DNA from: Octopus vulgaris
Taxonomy: Eukaryota
Assembly (NCBI GenBank): GCA_951406725.2
Contig: OX597836.1
Location: forward strand, 15,066,001-15,130,000
DNA: 64,000 nucleotides
Direction: 5' to 3'
Positions 25,115 to 38,977 of this stretch are shown here, piece by piece. The notes under the pieces were generated by a model. It worked only from the letters and a program-made list of their open reading frames with translations. It was not told the DNA's origin and searched no databases. The stretch's first letter is position 1. Each line of letters begins with the position of its first letter. A program made the translations under genes and the position numbers.

Positions 25115-25808
25115 TCTTTTACTCTTTTAACTTGTTTCAGTCATTTTGACTGCGGCCATGCTGGAGCACCGCCTTTTTTAGTCGAGCAACTCGACCCCGG
25201 GACTTATTCTTTTCGTAAGCCCAGTACTTATTCTATCGGTCTCTTTTTGCCGAACCGCTAAGTGACGTGACGGGGGACGTAAACACACCAGCATCGGTTG
25301 TCAAGCAATGCTAGGGGGACAAACACAGACACACAAACATACATATATATATATACATATATACGACAGGCTTCTTTCAGTTTCTGTCTACCAAATCCAC
25401 TCACAAGGCATTGGTCGGCCCGGGGCTATAGCAGAAGACACTTGCTGGAGCACCGCCTTTTAGTCGAGCAACTCGACCCCGGGACTTATTCTTTTTGTAA
25501 GCCCAGTACTTATTTTATCGGTCTCTTTTTGCCGAACCGCTAAGTGACGGGGACGTAAACACACCAGCATCGGTTGTCAAGCAATGCTAGGGGAACAAAC
25601 ACAGACACACAAACACACATACATACATACATATACATATATACATACAGGCTTCTTTCAGTTTCCATCTACCAAATCCACTCACAAAGCATTGGTCGGC
25701 CCAGGGCTATAGCAGAAGACACTTGCCCAAGATGCCACACAGTGGGACTGAACCCGGAACCATGTGGTTGGTTAGCAAGCTACTTACCACACAGCCACTC
25801 CTGCGCCT
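25115..25808 (-). mobile_element. SINE family A with internal partial duplication
   Basis: GCTGGAGCACCGCC...GCAGAAGACACTTG occurs twice (from 25160 and 25444). Confidence 0.88.
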
Positions 25809-25849
25809 ATATGTTGAGATCCAATGCAAAATGATGGTTCAAAAGATAT

Positions 25850-26058
25850 GTACAGGAAGGAGCAAAAGGTAAAGAATGTGTCCTGGGGCAGAGGAAGTGG
25901 CCAGATCAAATGATGCAAAGACTGTACTGCACTCTAAGGGAGCATATGGGAGGTAAGGGTAATGCAAACATTCCAGTAAAAGACAAGAATGGTAAGACCT
26001 AAATGGTGACTGAAGAACAAGATTGGCGTAGGCTGAAATAGTTTCAGAAAACACTCAG
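25850..26058 (+). mobile_element. RTE-clade LINE internal fragment
   Basis: AEEVARSNDAK...NIPVKDKNGK...EEQ..R resembles the RTE linker between EN and RT. Confidence 0.55.
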
Positions 26059-26568
26059 GGAGGGCTGTGTGTTAAGATGTTTGCATGCCAATAGCATGGT
26101 TCCCGGTTCAGTCCCACAGTGTGGCATTTTGGTCATGTGTTTTCTACTATAGCCTTTGGAACAGCCAAAGCCTTGTGAGTGAATTTGGTTTACTGGAACT
26201 GACAGAAAATGGACAGTCAACATCCATTGACAAGGCTGCAAAAGCCAACAAAAATTTTGGAAGAAAAAATATAAATAATAAATGAATGGAAATCGAACCT
26301 GTGAGTGTGTTAAATGACAAGGCATTAAGACAATATGACCCTCCCCAGACACAACATAATTGGCTTCAACACACGAATGCACATAAAGAATTTTGCAGAC
26401 CAGATACAAAAACAAAGTATATATATATATATATATATAAATATGTAGAAAAATACAAACTGGGACAAGAACGTAAAACATTTAGAAGGTGATACAAAAA
26501 ACACAGACGGGACATTCGAAGCCTTCAATCTTCAGTCAAGAACCGGATCATCCTAGCAATTTCGGCTG

Positions 26569-26651
<83 letters not shown>

Positions 26652-27559
26652 TGCATTGACAGAGGTTTGCACTCTCTGAATGCTCTTGTTGTTTATATTT
26701 AGTTATTGATTTCTTGCTATTATATAGTATAGTATTATAAATTTATATATTTAGATCTATATTGGGATAGGGCACTTAATATTCATATGTAGGCCTAGGT
26801 TATATATTTATGATTAGTACGTGGATTTATTTGGTGTATTACATCATTAAAATAGGTATTATCAATAGATTTAAAGTATTTGTATCTAAATTAAAATATG
26901 CTATATTATGCGATTAATTAATAGAGACTTATACTCAATATTATTACCAAACTGATATTTAAGAATTATACAATATAGTGTATATTAATTACATTTATAT
27001 TATATTTAACCTATGTTAGGTTTGTAAATTCCGTTATATTAATTTTGCTTAAATTCATAATATTTATATCCAAATTAAAATGTATTACTTTATTTGGTTA
27101 ATTAGTAAAGTTCAATACACAATATTATTATAAAGCCTATATTTAAGTATAATATAATATGATATACTATATGTTATTTATATTTATGTTGTTTCAACCT
27201 ATGTATGGCTAATCTTATCTAAATTAAAAAGTAATATTATCTGATAGTAAAGGTCAATATTTGATATCATCATTAATATGAAATTATTTTTAATTATTTC
27301 TAATTATCTTAATCTATGTTTAGTTTTTAAATTAAGCTATAGTTATTATATTATGTTTGAATTTTTAATGTTTGGTTTTATTTATCTATCAAATTTAATT
27401 TTCTAAAGTATATTTAGGTTAACCACAACAAATTAAAATATTCACCCTCACCAAGTTAATTCATTTGTGTTTAGAGGCTATACACTTTATTTTATGTTTA
27501 TTTTATATCATTTTATACTTATAATTTTCATCTTAATTACTTATTATTAATTTACCACT

Positions 27560-28345
27560 TAATTAAATCTTCTAAAAACAAATTTTGAGAAGTAGGAACA
27601 AGCTAAAATATTCTCTTTCCTAGAATTAATCAATTTATGCTTAGATTAGATTTGAAAATCACATCAGTACATAATTGACATTTCTTATCTGAAATTTGAT
27701 AAGCTCTGGTATGGCTTACAACCACCCATCTAATAATATAATCATACTGATTATCCTTTAACATCCATATAAATTTGCTGAGACTAGTGTTTATTAATTT
27801 TATGCCTATTTCTAAAACAACTTTCATGGTTTGCAATTCTTCATTTAAATCTAGTTTCAGTTGAATCTATGTAATAGCATTCCTTCCCTTCAGATTTAAC
27901 TATACACCTGTATACTAGGTTATCCTGTTTACAATTATTATTAAGTTCACACTTTTCTTTAATCCTACAATCACAATTTATATTAACATCATTATTAATA
28001 CAATTATTTACATTTTTATTATTCCCATTATTTGAGTTAGAAAGAGAGTTAATATGGGTTATATACCTTCTATTATTATAATTTGCCCTAACTTCATTTT
28101 TATTTAGATTACGATTGCTATAAATCGTATCTAATTTTCTATTATTAATTGAGGATATAATTGCAAAGAAATTCTTCGAAAGAGAATGACCAACTTTTAT
28201 ATATTTAGAATTAATAATTTCACTATACTTATTATCTTTATTTGAATGCTTCTGTATTGATAAATAAACAGATTTGACTATGTTACTTTTAATTTGACTT
28301 GCAAAGGGGATAATGAACCACAAAGTATTGGTTTTATTTAGACAA
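27560..28345 (-). mobile_element. Penelope-like element GIY-YIG endonuclease relic (Naiad/Chlamys type)
   Basis: LWFIIPFASQIKSNI..IINSKYIKVGHS..CDCRIKEKCELNNNCKQDNLVYRC..YYIDSTETRFK*RIANHESCF..TSLSKFIWMLK..IRW..AY..CQLC..LNSRKE; contains stops and frameshifts. Confidence 0.88.
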
Positions 28346-28352
28346 CCATAAT

Positions 28353-28970
28353 CCCTATTATGTTTTACCTGTGCCTGGAACCAAGCCATATCAAAACGAA
28401 CTGCCCTCAGGACCAAAATAAGGTCCTGGAGCAGTTAATAAGGATACTACTCACTGCTCCCTCATTGGAGGGACTGAAGGAGGAAGTTGAGGAGGTGGAA
28501 TCCTCCTCGAAAAAGGCAAAAAGAAGAAAGATCCGAAGGCTGCGGGAGGGAGGGAAGACCTTTTGGACAAAACGGAAGAACTCCACCCTCCCATGGCTCA
28601 AGGAGGAAAAAAAAAGAAGAAAAAGAAAAACGGGAAATTGCCAGCAGTTTATGCTACACTTCTGGCATGTTCCGAAGCACCTTCAATGGGAGTTGTGCCA
28701 CCAAAGATGGAAACTGTAGTAGACCCCTCCCATGATGTGGAGGAGGAATTTATGGTCCATTCCCATAAGGTAGGGACATTAGAAAGCTTTGTTAAGAAGT
28801 TTAAAAAGAAAGGCCGAAGGGAGGGGATTCTGTCCTGCACGGAGGACCCTGATTGGCCTTCGCAGATGGCTGCAGAGGTCATATGGGCAACCGATCTGTG
28901 CAGAAATATGAACTCCTTCCCAGAAGACACTTTTAGATTTGCGTTAAAACGGCCTGACTTGGCACCGTCT
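28353..28970 (+). mobile_element. Non-LTR retrotransposon ORF1 relic with CCHC zinc knuckle
   Basis: With one frameshift the start reads C-x2-C-LEPS-H-IKTN-C-P, followed by a charged low-complexity region. Confidence 0.5.
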
Positions 28971-28975
28971 AGGTC

Positions 28976-29175
28976 AGTGGTTTTCAACCAGGGTTCCACC
29001 TGTACAGTCGAGGGGTTTCGCAAGAAGTTACAAAAATGCTAAAATCGACAGTAATTTTTAATTCTCCTGTGCAGATATGTCTGCATAAGACTATTAAATT
29101 ATTGCACAGGGGTTCCCCGAGCCAGTGGAATGTTACCTTGGGGTTCCGCTCCAGCAAAAAGTTTGAAAAGCACTA
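28976..29175. mobile_element. hAT (Charlie-like) MITE
   Basis: TIRs CAGTGGTTTTCAAC / GTTTGAAAAGCACTA, internal GGGGTTCC repeats, CTAG-centred 8-bp flanks. Confidence 0.65.
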
Positions 29176-29967
29176 GACTAGAAAAGCACTAGCCAGGTCA
29201 GGCAGGAAGGGTTATAACTGACAATAAAAGTAAGTGCCTCATTGTTATTGTATTTTTATTGTATTGAATTGTGTAAGAGGTTTATTGCTTCATAAATGGT
29301 TTTTGTATAAAACTGTGAAAAATGTAAGAGGTTTCCCACCTCGTTAAGGAATTTTTATATTGTGAAAAATGCAAGAGGTTTATTGCCTCATAAATGATTT
29401 TTTGAACTGGAAAAATGTAAGAGTATGAAACTTAAAAAGAACAGAGTTCTTGGGAAAACAGAAATCGGCGAGCGTTGCTTATTGCCCTCATTTATCATCG
29501 TTTCATTTGTCATTCATATCATTGTGTCTACGTCCAGCCCGTAGCTTCCTTTCAATGTAAGGCCTTTATGGCCAATGTAATGAATAAAAGAAGCTTACAT
29601 CCCAGTCACATGGTTCTGGGTTCAGTCCCACCGCATGGCACCTTCAGTGTCTTCAACTATAGCGCCTACCAAATCCACTCACTAAGCCTTGTGATTGGAT
29701 TTGGTAGCAAAATACTGAAAGAAGCCTGGTGTGTGTGTGTGTGTATGTGTGTTTGTCCACCAATACTTGACAATCAGTGCTGGTGGTAACATTCTCATAA
29801 CTTAGTGGTTCAGCAAAAGAGACTGACAGAATAAGTACCAGGCTTAACCAAAAATAAGTACCAGGGTCAATTAACTCAACAAAAAGTTCTTCAAGGCAAT
29901 GCCCCCCAGCATGGCTACAGGCCACAGTCTAATGCCTGAAACAAGTAAAGCATAAAAGATATAATAT

Positions 29968-30075
29968 AAGAACTTCAGACTTAACATCAATATTGAAAAA
30001 GATTACTGTAGAGTAAATCTCCCTGATGCTACCTTCAGTTTTAGTACTGGATTGTATGAACCTTGACATAAACCA
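29968..30075 (+). mobile_element. Penelope-like RT fragment
   Basis: KNFRLNINIEKDYCRVNLPDATFSFSTGLYEP*HKP matches the PLE pattern L-x-I-T-I-E..VNFLDVT..G-x-Y-x-P-Y-x-K-P. Confidence 0.65.
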
Positions 30076-30338
30076 CTTTGACATTTTTGGCTGGTTTTGT
30101 GTGGCAACTTAAAGAGGATAAGATTACCGAATTTTAAAGTGTGTAAGGAACATTTTCTTGTCAAAAATTAGGTTAAAAAAATATGGAAGTTTCTTAGCTT
30201 GCTTATGAACCACATGGTTTCGGGTTCAGTAGCACTGCGTGGCACCTTGGGCAAGTGTCTTCTGCTATAGCCTCGGGCTGACCAAAGCCTTGTGAGTGGA
30301 TTTGGTAGACAGAAACTGAAAGAAGCCCGTCGTATATA

Positions 30339-30388
<50 letters not shown>

Positions 30389-32632
30389 TATATGTGTGTG
30401 TGTGTGTCTGTGTTTGTCCCCCCAACATCGCTTGACAATCGATGCTGGCGTGTTTATGTCCCCCGTAACTTAATGGTTCAGCAAAAGAGACCAATAGAAT
30501 AAGTACTAGGCTTACAAAGAATAAGTCCTGGGGGCAATTTGTTATAAGATTTTTAAAATTCTAACAAGATACTTGCATGCTACTAAATGCCCTTTCACAC
30601 AATACAGTGGGCCACAATACACTGTGTCCAATACAGTGAGCCAATGAGTAAACGTTGACTAGATTAATAACCATGCTTTAACCCAATTGTATGGATGAAT
30701 AGCTACAACCTCCCCATTATAAACACAATGTCACACTAGCTACCAATGTCACTGGGATACGCCTTGGCCATTGTATACTGCTTAAAGTGAGATAAATACT
30801 AACTTGTGACTCTCAATAGGTATCACTCACCATGGGATAAAAACACAAAAAAAAACTATGACAAGCTACACAGGATATCTTAACCCTGGTACTGATGCTT
30901 TCTACAGGATGTTGGTTATTCCATTAGTTGTTCATTCAAAAAATATTGATCTGCTAGTTCAGTATTTATGTCCATATTTATGATGGTACAAGTACTGAAA
31001 GTATACCAGCCAGGCCCAGTGGACCGCGCTAATAGCCACTAACTTTATTAATAACCTAATTCTGTGTGCAAGCCTATGCGTGCCAGATGACACGTGTGTG
31101 CTTTTATGTGCATATGCATTTGCATAAACAAGTGTACATGCACCAGACCACATACACGTGGGCGTTTGTACATTCCTATCTACTAACACTTACATCTAAT
31201 ATTTTATACGCTGTATTGTGTATTTGTTTCTTTAAGTACCTGATCCTTTGTTATGAATCTTCTATAACAATGAAGCTGTATCCCTTAATTTGTTATTTCT
31301 ATATACGAAGACCAAGAAGAAGATACCACTTGAAATCACTTGAGGAGACACATCTAGACTGAGGGATACACCTAAACAAGTTGTATAGTATCCCACCCAT
31401 GAGGGATTAATGTTAGATGGGTCAAAACAATTAATGGTGATAAATAAAGATTCTCGTATCTTCTATCTCTCTCATTAATTACATACCCAACGAACTACGA
31501 GCCAGTGAACATACTTTACCAGCAAACTACCAGGTCTATACCATACAGCAAAATTCCTGAGATCCATGGACGAATTCTCTCCAGCGGTCTTTGTCCCTCA
31601 TCATCTCTGCCATGTTCTCTTTCTCCCAGAGACCAGTGTCTGTCCTTAGGGTATCGAGATATGTCATCCTCGGTTTCCCTTTTCTAGAGTGTCTGTGTAG
31701 GGGATCTCACGGGAGCACCGTGTGCAGCACCAACTCTGAATGACAGTGAGCATGCCCAGCTAACTAATTTAAATTTCCCTAACCAATGGGCATTGATTAA
31801 TACACAGAGTCTGTATTCTTTCTTTTATATATATATATATGTCGGTGGCACGTAAAAAGCACCATCCGAATCGTGGCCGAAGCCAGTGCCGCCTCGACTG
31901 GCTTCCATAAAATGCACCAATCCGACCGTGGCCAATGCCAGCCTCGCCTGGCTCCAGTGCAGGTGGCACGTAAAAAGCACCCACTACACTCACGGAGTGG
32001 TTGGCGTTAGGAAGGGCATCCAGCTGTAGAAACACTGCCAGATAAGACCGGAGCCTGGTGCAGCCTTCTGGCTTCCCAGATCCCTGGTCGAACCGTCCAA
32101 CCCATGCTAGCATGGAGAACGGACGTTAAACGATGATGATGATGATGATGATATATATATATATATGTGTGTGTGTATGTATGTATATTTCTGTATGTAT
32201 TTATATACATATTTATCTCTAATAATAGTTGTTATTTCTTATTAGGAACAAGAGGGTTAACAGGGCTTCAAGAGAAGTGCTCAAGTAAATGATACGTGTA
32301 TAACAAACTTTGGTTGTAGAACAAACAGCAAATTTAAGGTTATCCACCTAACATATCACATCTCAAACATTTAATATCATTAATCAAAAAAAGTACAAAA
32401 TAAGCAAATTTCATGTAAGGCAAAATATCTCCATACACTGCAAGAATTCACATTTTTCATTGCAAAATGCAAAGAATCTAACAACAACATCATAATAACA
32501 ATCATAGTTAATGGTCACTGTTGAAACCCCTTGAGACGTTTATGATGTCACGTAAAGCTTAATGCTAATAACTTGCTTTGTGGCCAAAAAAACATTATTT
32601 ATTCTGTTCTTCATTCGCACAAGTGTCTTTTT

Positions 32633-33089
32633 TTAACCCTTTTGAGATGCTCTGTGTTTCTTTGAATTACTTTAAATATAACAAAGAATTTAGTAAAATA
32701 AATTAGTTATCATTCAGCTAGTGTTAGAAACGTAAATTGTGATTAAGGTTTGGTGGAAGATTTTAATTCAAAACTTATGAAAACATGACATTTGTATTCA
32801 GAGCCAGAGCCGGTTTCAGCTGGGTTGGTATCAAAAGGGTTAAAAATATCATGGTGACTTTAATCCTTTTGTTACCTTATTTCTGTTGAGATGCTCTGTG
32901 TTTCTTTCAATTATTTAAAATATAGAAAAAGAATTTAGTAAAATAACTTAGTTATCATTAAGCTAGTATTAGAAACGTAAATTGTGATTAAGGTTTGGTG
33001 GAAGATTTTAATTCAAAACTTATGAAAACAAGACATTTACACTACAGGGCCAGAGGCAGTTTCAGCCGGGTTGGTATCGAAAGTGTTAA
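32633..33089. mobile_element. piggyBac-type MITE dimer
   Basis: Two units bounded by TTAA and joined by AAATATCATGGTGACT. Inserted at the 3' end of the Sola1 ORF. Confidence 0.88.
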
Positions 33090-33646
33090 ACTTTGATAAA
33101 AACCATGGTATGGCTTAGGAATAGCCAATTTTTGACACAAGTTTAATAAATCTTTCATTTTGCTTTTTCGAATGGGCTTGGAACCCTCTTTGTTTACAAG
33201 TTTATATTGGATGCTTTTAATTTTTTTGAATGTTGCATTTAGTGGCACAGGCTCGTTCAGAGCAGAGTAACTGTACAAAACTTCCCCTCTTTTGTAACAC
33301 ATAATCTGCATTTTGGGAACTTTTGCTGTTCCCTTTCTGGACACTGTCTGACCTACAACATCTGCAGAATCATAAATTTGTGATAGATCCAATTCAATAA
33401 CTTTGTAGCTCTTTTTCTTTGATGCTGATCTAATAAGCATGTACCATTGTTCAGGAATAAACACTTCTAAGTGCTTTGCTGCATGTTCAATAACAGAATG
33501 GACAGAATCATTTTCATTCTGGCCATGTCCAGACTCAAAGAAGTAGTGATTAATCACTTTGATGTTCTTTGCTTCTATGTTCACGAAAGCATGAAACAAA
33601 GCCAGAATGTTCCAATTACGGTTTTGTCTTGGGCATGCATCACTAA

Positions 33647-33940
33647 GTGGAGGCACATGGCCTAGTGGTTACAGCAGCGGACTCGCGGTCGAGGGATCGC
33701 AGGTTCAAATCACAGACCGGGTGATGTGTGTGTTTATGAGTGGAACACCTAAGGTTCACTCAGCTCCGGCAGAAGGGAATGGCAAACTTCTGCTGACTCA
33801 TCACCACAACTTTCTCTCACTCTTTCCTCCTGCATCTTGCAGCTCACCTGTGACGGACCGGCGTCCCGTGCAGATGGGGAACATATACACCAAGGAAACC
33901 GGGAAACCGGCCCTTATGAGCCAGGCACGGCTTGAGAAGG
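33647..33940 (+). mobile_element. SINE family D inserted in the Sola1 catalytic region
   Basis: 12-bp TSD ATGCATCACTAA at 33635-33646 and 33941-33952. Confidence 0.9.
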
Positions 33941-34213
33941 ATGCATCACTAAAGAAGTCAAATTCTCTTGCTCCTTTTGCATCCCATTGTTTCAGCATTT
34001 GGAACAAGCAGCTGCCAATTTCATTCCTACCTCGACCAGATATTGTTTCGTTCCAGACAAAACAAATATCTTCATCCTTAGTTAAATCAGATATAGAAAA
34101 ATTATATGTCTAGACTTTTCACGAGTAATAAAATAATGAAACTTCAGATTTTGGAGTGGGAAGAGCTTTTTGCAAATCAAATACAGCTGTGATTTTGGTT
34201 CCGTCATTTTCTT

Positions 34214-34798
34214 GCTTCAAAGTGGTTTAAATTTCACGAATTTTTTCCACCCTTTGGCGATGCTCTTGAAATGTTTCTGCTTCTTTTTCTTCTTTCTTCA
34301 ATATCTAGTTTAGAAAACTTTTCACAGGTTTCACACCAGTCTTTTTTGGGGCAATGAAAACTTAAGTTCATTGACTGAAAAGTTTGCCAGTATATTGTGT
34401 AGCTCCTCGCTTCAAAGTGGTTTTAATTTCATGAATTTTTTCCACCCTTTGGCGATGGTCTTGAAATTTTTCTGCTTCGTTTTCTTCTTTCTTCAATATC
34501 TAGTTTAGAAAACTTTTCACAGGTTTCACACCAGTCTTTTTTGGGGCAATGAAAACTTAAGTTCATTGACTGAAAAGTTTGCCAGTATATTGTGTAGCTC
34601 CTCGCTTCAAAGTGGTTTTAATTTCACGAATTTTTTCCACCCTTTGGCGATGCTCTTGAAATGTTTTTGCTTCTTTTTCTTCTTTCTTCAATATCTAGTT
34701 TAGAAAACTTTTCACAGGTTTCACACCAGTCTTTTTTGGGGGCAATGAAAACTTAAGTTCATTGACTGAAAAGTTTGCCCCAGTATATTGTGTAGCTC
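34214..34798. repeat. 195-bp tandem triplication within the Sola1 ORF
   Basis: GCTTCAAAGTGG starts at 34214, 34409 and 34604. Confidence 0.92.
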
Positions 34799-36109
34799 AA
34801 GGATTGTGTTTCATTTTGATTTCATAATTCCACATACATACAAGTCATACATTTTTGACGAGGTCAATTCTGAAGAGAGATGCAGCAAGTTGCTTGAAGA
34901 CCTACAATAATGACTTGGAACTCATGGAAATAAAACATGTTGGCGAAGCTCCTTTTGGTGATGGGTCATCTGTTCATCAATTTTGTTTTTTGATTTTGAT
35001 ATTGTTTTGCTTTTCCATGATTTTGTTTTTGTTCTTCCACAATTATTACCTTCTACCACTCCATTTGCACCTTTTTTTAAAACAGTTGTCATTGTGGCTT
35101 TTGTAATTGAAGGTGTGTCAAGAAAAAATATAGACATAGGAGTGGGTGTGTGGTAAGTATAGGCATAGGAGTGGCTGTGTGGTAAGTAGCTTGCTTACGA
35201 ACCACATGGTTCTGGGTTCAGTCCCACTGCGAGGCACCTTGGGCAAGTGTCTTCTACTATAGCCTCGGGCCAACCAAAGCCTTGTGAGTGGACTTGGTAG
35301 ACGGAAACTGAAAGAAGCCCATCGTATATATGTATGTATGGAAAACGGACATTAAATGATGATGATGATGATATATATATATAGATAGACAGACAGACAG
35401 ATAGATAGATAAATCATAGGGCATCCAGCCATAGAAACCAAGCCAAAAAAAACCATGGAACCTGGTGCCATCCCTGATCTTGACAGTTCCTGTCAAGCTT
35501 CTATCAGTCAGTTACCGACACAGTCTACCAGTACGAAACTTTTTGCACACATGGCATTAGTTTTGGCAGGAAAAAATAAAATCAGATACTTTTTGGATGC
35601 ACCTCGTATACTTTGGGCTTCATTCCGTTTCCATCTATCAAATCCCACGACAAGGCTCTAGTCAGCTCAAGGCTATAGTAGATGACATTTGCACCATGTG
35701 GTTGGAATGAGAAAGCTAACTTCTTAACCACAAAGCCACACCTGAGATAGACTCTCTTTTCATTCTTGTTTAATGATTTGATCTGAAAAGAGTCACGCCA
35801 CAGCAGAACCAGTCATTGAAAATAGACGTCATATATATCCTGTTTATTTATATTTTAAGAGTTTTATTTTTAACAGTGAATGTAACTCTATCATGATAGA
35901 ATTTTGTGTGAATGCATGTATGCATTTCTGTGTGTTCGTTTTCATCGTTCATTGTATTTCCTGTTTATCTACAAACATATGTTTACATTTAGCATAGGCC
36001 GATATAAATTCATGCATATATAGATAGATATACATACATATATATGTGAAAGTGTGTATATATATATGTGCATCTGTGTATGTGTATGTGCTTATATATT
36101 CTGTATATA

Positions 36110-36530
36110 TTTACTCTTTTACTCTTTTACTCTTTTACTTGTTTCAGTCATTTGACTGCGGTCATGCTGGAGCACCGCCTTTAATCGAGGAACTCGACCC
36201 CGGGACTTATTCTTTGTAAGCCCAGTACTTATTCTATCGGTCTCTTTTTGCCGAACCGCTAAGTAACGGGGACATAAACACACCAGCATCGGTTGTCAAG
36301 CAATGCTAGGGGACAAACACAGACACACAAACACACACACGCATATATATATATATATATACATATATACGATGGGCTTCTTTCAGTTTCCGTCTACCAA
36401 ATCCACTCACAAGGCTTTGGTCGGCCTGAGGCTATAGTAGAAGACACTTGCCCGAGGTGCCACGCAGTGAGACTGAACCTGGAACCATGTGATTGATAGA
36501 CAAGCTACTTACCACACAGCCACTCCTGCG

Positions 36531-36533
<3 letters not shown>
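36110..36533 (-). mobile_element. SINE family A, full length
   Basis: Reverse complement of the consensus. Confidence 0.9.
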
Positions 36534-36580
<47 letters not shown>

Positions 36581-36985
36581 CATGCATTTTTTTAAGGCCT
36601 AGTACTTGTTCTATTTTTTGCCAAACCGCTAAGTTATGGGAATGTAAACAAACCAACATTGGTTACCAAGCAATGATGCAGAGACAAATACAGACACAAA
36701 GATACACACACATAAATATAGATATGCCACACAGTGTGAGTGAACTCGGAACCCTGTGGTTGGAAAGCAAGTTTCTTACCACACAGCCACACCTCTGCCT
36801 CTATATATATATATATATATTCGAAAAATTCTTACAACAGTAAGCTACCAATGTAATATGAAGAATCTTTATTAGAAATAGACCTTTGGAACCCCACAAA
36901 CTAAAGGATGATATAGAACTCAACATTTTCTCAGATATATATATGTGTGGGTGTGTGTGTGTGCATGTGTGTATATATATACATA

Positions 36986-37385
36986 GGCATAGGAGTGGCT
37001 GTGTGGTAAGTAGCTTGCTTACCAACCACATGGTTCCAGGTTCAGTCCCACTGCGTGGTGCCTTGGGCAAGTGTCTTCTACTATAGCCTCGGGCTGACCA
37101 AAGCCTTGTGAGTGGATTTGGTAGACGGAAACTGAAAGAAGCCCGTCGTATATATGTATGTATATGTATGCGTGTGTATATGTTTCTGTGTCTGTGTTTG
37201 TCCTCCCAACATCGCTTGACAACCGATGCTGGTGTGTTTACGTCTCCATAACTTAGTGGTTCGGCAAAAGAGACCAATAGAATAAGTACTAAGCTTACAA
37301 AGAATAAGTCCTGGAGTCAAATTGCTCGACTAAAGGCGGTGCTCCAGCATGGCCACGATCAAATGACTGAAACAAGTAAAAGAGA
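36986..37385 (+). mobile_element. SINE family A, full length
   Basis: Matches the consensus head and tail. Confidence 0.9.
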
Positions 37386-37387
37386 GT

Positions 37388-37432
<45 letters not shown>

Positions 37433-38139
37433 TATATATAATCATATATACATACATATATACACACATAGATATACACATATATACATATATATACATA
37501 TATGCATATATATACATACATATATATATACATATATACAAATATGCATATATATGTATATACCTATATACACATATATATATACATATGTATATATATA
37601 TATACACATACATACATATATACATGTACACATATACAAATACATAGCCATACATATATAAATACACACATGTACACATACAAATACATACCCATACATA
37701 TACATATATATATGTGTGTGTATACATATATGTACACATATATAAATACATATGCATACATATAGACATACATACATATGTACATATATACATACATATA
37801 CACATATATTTTTTATGCATGTGTGGATACATTTACATATATTAAGTTCAGACACCAAAGAAAAACCGCCATCACAAAGGCAGTGTTTCCTCTTCAGGGC
37901 CAGGAAATCCTTCAGCCATGAACAGCATTAGAGAAAAAAGTCATAAATTCACCCTACATTAGTTTTTGATAGACACTGTGCACTCCGATATGCAAATAGA
38001 TATTCTGGACAACATCCAAGAGGAAAGACAAACGGTCTGAAATATAAAACGTCCACTCAATGACCACCAACTGGTCAGCTTTTATCTTTTTTTTTTCTTT
38101 TACTTGTTTCAGGCATATGCATATATGTCTATATATGTT

Positions 38140-38171
<32 letters not shown>

Positions 38172-38780
38172 GGTGTAGGAGTGGCTGTGTCATAAGTAGC
38201 TTGCTTACGAACCACACGGTTCCGGGTTCAGTCCCACTGCATGGCACTTTGGGCAAGTGTCTTCTACTATAGCCTTAGGCCGACCAAAGCCTTGTGAGGG
38301 GATTTGGTAGACGGAAACTGAAAGAAGCCCATCATATATATATATATATACATAGATATGTATGTGCCACACAGTGTGACTGAACCTGGTACCCTGTGGT
38401 TGGGAAGCAAGCTTCCTACCACACAGCCACACATGTGCTCATATATATATATATTACGTATATAATTAATTATTTGTGGGATTCATTTGAATCAAAGTAT
38501 TTTAATATTAAAGGCAATCAAGGGTTGAGATCTGCACTTCTGTGTATATACCGTATACAAACATACCTATATATACCTATGTATATACAGGCAGATTCAT
38601 CCACTTACACATGCATGTACACACAAATGTACACATACCTATAGACATACATGTACATGAAATTATGTACCCATGCACACAGGCATGCAGGTTCACAATC
38701 CAGTATAAATTCCAGATCCATCAAAGGGGAGGTTCCATGTATGGCGTTTATATAAAATAAGAACACAAATGGGTTAAAGG

Positions 38781-38877
38781 TTCACAAAATCTATTTCAGA
38801 CATGTCTTTTTATTGATAGATAACTTGATTAGATTATGAAGAAAGAAAAAAAAAAAAAAATGTTTTCATCAGGTGAA
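38781..38877 (-). ncRNA. Hammerhead motif, decayed stem III (inverted partner of 38978-39060)
   Basis: Reverse complement reads TTCAC-CTGATGA-AAACAT...ATGTCT-GAAA-TAGATTTT-GTGAA. Confidence 0.55.
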
Positions 38878-38977
38878 TTAAAAATTTAAAATTTTGTTCA
38901 ATGATGCCAGGATGAGAGGGTCAACTGACATTCCACATCTTGGTATTTTAGCTCCTAACCAAATTTTAAATTACTAA

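Larger units (their letters stand above)
33090..35110 (-). mobile_element. Sola1-type DDD transposase pseudogene
   Basis: VPSHYCRSSS..KMYDLY, FHCPKKDWCETC, AVFDLQKALPTP, CFVWNETISGRGRNEIGSCL, FFSDACPRQNRN and YFFESGHGQNENDSVHSVIE motifs. Confidence 0.85.

Noticed and set aside
26650-27560. Possible mitochondrial insertion (NUMT) because of extreme AT content
   Set aside because: No recognisable mitochondrial gene, rRNA or tRNA; contiguous with a PLE endonuclease relic.
27841-27843. In-frame TGA in the Naiad-type ORF as possible selenocysteine
   Set aside because: It falls in FK*R, not at a conserved Cys; the Cys codons are normal and the relic has other lesions.
34214-34798. Regular direct repeats resembling a CRISPR array (also 17359-17972, 49068-49786)
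   Set aside because: Whole ~200-bp units are repeated without unique spacers; eukaryotic context and no cas genes.
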